NCBI GenBank assembly: GCA_944381235.1 | Contig: CALWKI010000042.1 | Coordinates: 1-51,552, forward strand | Length of the DNA stretch: 51,552 bases | Origin: an uncultured Clostridia bacterium | GTDB taxonomy: Bacteria; Bacillota; Clostridia; Christensenellales; UBA1242 | Direction of reading: 5' to 3' | Shown: positions 50,068 to 51,552 of the stretch, one piece after another | Layout: every line of letters begins with the position of its first letter | Numbering within the stretch: position 1 is the stretch's first letter | Notes under the pieces: generated by a model | The model's database searches: none | Told to the model about the DNA's origin: nothing | Seen by the model: the letters and a program-made list of their open reading frames with translations, nothing else | Program-made: the position numbers and the translations under genes

Positions 50068-50339
50068 CCGTCAAGGCCCCGGGCGGGCAGAGCCTCGCCC
50101 GGTGGCCTCACTTATTTTTTTGTGCTGGGTAAGAGGCGAGACGTGATGTCGTCTTTCAGACTGATATCATTACTCGCTATTATTGTTTATCGGGCATTTA
50201 ATTTGACTAGTTCCCGTCAAGGACGCTAGCAAAATTAAAAGCCCGTCAGCGACGCTTAGCCTTTGCTCCCGGTCGTTCGCTTACGCTTCTGCGACCTAGT
50301 AGTCCCCTTTTTGTCTACTGCCCGTCTAAAAAGGGGACT
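50068..50339. other. GC-rich multi-hairpin intergenic region (candidate single-strand origin/packaging signal)
   Basis: Hairpins at 50074-50108, 50191-50245, 50271-50296 and 50301-50339. Confidence 0.6.
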
Positions 50340-50348
50340 TTAAAAAGG

Positions 50349-50588
50349 TTAGTATGCCCTTTTCTTCCCTCTTAATTTAGCAATCTTCTTTTTATATTCT
50401 GGTGAAAAAGTATAGAGCATTGCATACTCATAATTTCCATGTTCTTTGATTGCTTTTCGAATTTCTTTCTCGTCTCCAGTTCGTGTAGCCCTAACAAGAT
50501 TCCTTTCACTTTTAACATAAGCCTGTTCTAGGCTTTCCTTTGTATTATTAAGCGCAAGTTTTTTGTGTTTTCCTTTAAAGAATGACAT
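50349..50588 (-). CDS. Prophage hypothetical basic protein (79 aa)
   Basis: GGAGGTG RBS; 2-bp gap to the upstream ORF; no recognisable motif. Confidence 0.75.
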   Translation of the reverse strand: MSFFKGKHKKLALNNTKESLEQAYVKSERNLVRATRTGDEKEIRKAIKEHGNYEYAMLYTFSPEYKKKIAKLRGKKRAY

Positions 50589-50590
50589 TT

Positions 50591-50911
50591 TTATTTCACC
50601 TCCAGATTTTTATTTTCTTCTTTCTTCATTTTTTTTAATTTTTTTTGTTCTGCATTATATATTGGTCTAAGACCAGAAAAGTAAATTCTTAACTTTTGAA
50701 TCCAAGATAACTTTACTCCCATTTTTTCGAGAGTGAGTAAATAATATATATCTATTTCTTTTAATTTTTTCTTCAAGGACTTATAGATAGTCTTGTCAAG
50801 CTTGGCTAGATATACCTTATCTACATATCTTTCAGAGTCGAGTAAGTGTTGCCAAACTAAAAGATAACTATCTATTGTTTGTCCTAACAATTCATTTTTA
50901 ATGTATTCCAT
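50591..50911 (-). CDS. Prophage hypothetical protein (106 aa)
   Basis: AAGGAG RBS; ATG abuts the stop of the pI-like gene (TAAATG). Confidence 0.75.
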   Translation of the reverse strand: MEYIKNELLGQTIDSYLLVWQHLLDSERYVDKVYLAKLDKTIYKSLKKKLKEIDIYYLLTLEKMGVKLSWIQKLRIYFSGLRPIYNAEQKKLKKMKKEENKNLEVK

Positions 50912-51552
50912 TTATACTACACTCCTTTTTTGATAAAAATTTCTTGGCAATTCGTCGTCGTTATTCTCAAGATATTTAATATAACTTTCTATATTTTCTT
51001 CAAAAGGGATAGCCTCGATATAGTCAATATCTTCGTCAAAATGACCGGCGTAAAACTTAGGTTTGCAAGAAAAGGAATTATAGCAGTCAAAAACGTTATA
51101 GTCCGCTGTAATTTCTTTTTCCTCGTAACACTCTTTGTCTTTTCTGCCACTAGACATATATCTATCAAACAAATTACTATTATCAATTACCCTTACCTTC
51201 CACGTCATACCTTGTATATCACCGAATTTGTTATAGTGAATATCTAATTTTACTATTTCTATAAATTGGGCCAGTTCCCGAATATTAACGTCAATAAGCA
51301 TTGGACGTTGGGTATCAAGAAAAATCTCAAGATTATTATGTCTATGACTCTCGTACCAGCGAGACTGCCAGTCCGGAAAATATATCGACATTCGACTATT
51401 AAGATATTTTTGCGCTTCAGTTATGCCTATGACCTCATATGGCAAATTGTAATGAGTTTTCACAAACTTATTTGCAAAACCGAGTCTATACGGATTGATA
51501 ATTCTGTTATGTCTATCTCGATAACGAAAACGTCTAAAACTACAAGAATAAT
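50912..51552 (-). CDS. Zot/pI-like morphogenesis ATPase, 5'-truncated by the window edge
   Basis: Frame stays open upstream of the GTG at 51463 to the window end; VIGITEAQKYLNSR (Walker B region), HRHNNLEIFLDTQ, IDVNIRELA and CYNS match the Zot/pI pattern hhhDEAQ..fnsR / HRH....hhhhTQ / iD..iR / YdS. Confidence 0.78.
   Translation of the reverse strand, partial: YSCSFRRFRYRDRHNRIINPYRLGFANKFVKTHYNLPYEVIGITEAQKYLNSRMSIYFPDWQSRWYESHRHNNLEIFLDTQRPMLIDVNIRELAQFIEIVKLDIHYNKFGDIQGMTWKVRVIDNSNLFDRYMSSGRKDKECYEEKEITADYNVFDCYNSFSCKPKFYAGHFDEDIDYIEAIPFEENIESYIKYLENNDDELPRNFYQKRSVV

Larger units (their letters stand above)
48798..51552 (-). mobile_element. Integrated rolling-circle element, probably an inovirus-like (filamentous phage) prophage; continues beyond the window
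   Basis: tRNA-fragment att site, arm-type repeats, HUH Rep, dso hairpin and Zot/pI-like ATPase, all co-oriented. Confidence 0.82.

Noticed and set aside
2017-51247. Numerous 60-190 aa antisense or alternate-frame ORFs in the ORF track
   Set aside because: They lie within well-supported genes on the opposite strand or frame, lack RBSs and show shadow-ORF composition.
51461-51463. GTG at 51463 as the true start of the 183-aa ORF
   Set aside because: No RBS, the frame is open to the window edge, and Walker A is missing; the gene is truncated by the window.
1-51552. CRISPR array or rRNA
   Set aside because: No regularly spaced direct repeats and no rRNA-like sequence seen in any intergenic gap.

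Overview
Low-GC, Clostridia-like (Bacillota) chromosomal segment, almost entirely on the minus strand. About 48.7 kb is housekeeping: trxA, hslUV, topA, dprA, comM, hemW, lepA, tsf/rpsB, iscS/iscU-like, cinA, pgsA, rimO, ftsK, the rplS...rpsP-ffh-ylxM-ftsY-smc-rnc-plsX cluster, a dap/asd operon, rpmF and copA/copZ, plus a stand-alone Fic gene at the left edge. The last ~2.75 kb (48798 to the window end) is the end of an integrated rolling-circle element, most likely a filamentous (inovirus-like) prophage. It shows the displaced 3' half of a tRNA-Tyr gene broken exactly at the anticodon loop (att site), tandem arm-type repeats, an HUH Rep, a hairpin origin with the phiX174/pC194-type nick motif CTTG^ATA in its loop, a GC-rich multi-hairpin region, two orphan ORFs, and a Zot/pI-like ATPase cut by the window edge. 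Separately, three full-length host genes (IscU-like, CinA-like, PepD-like) have lost their catalytic or metal-ligand residues, and several genes look leaderless. All calls come from motif recognition by eye; no database searches were run.
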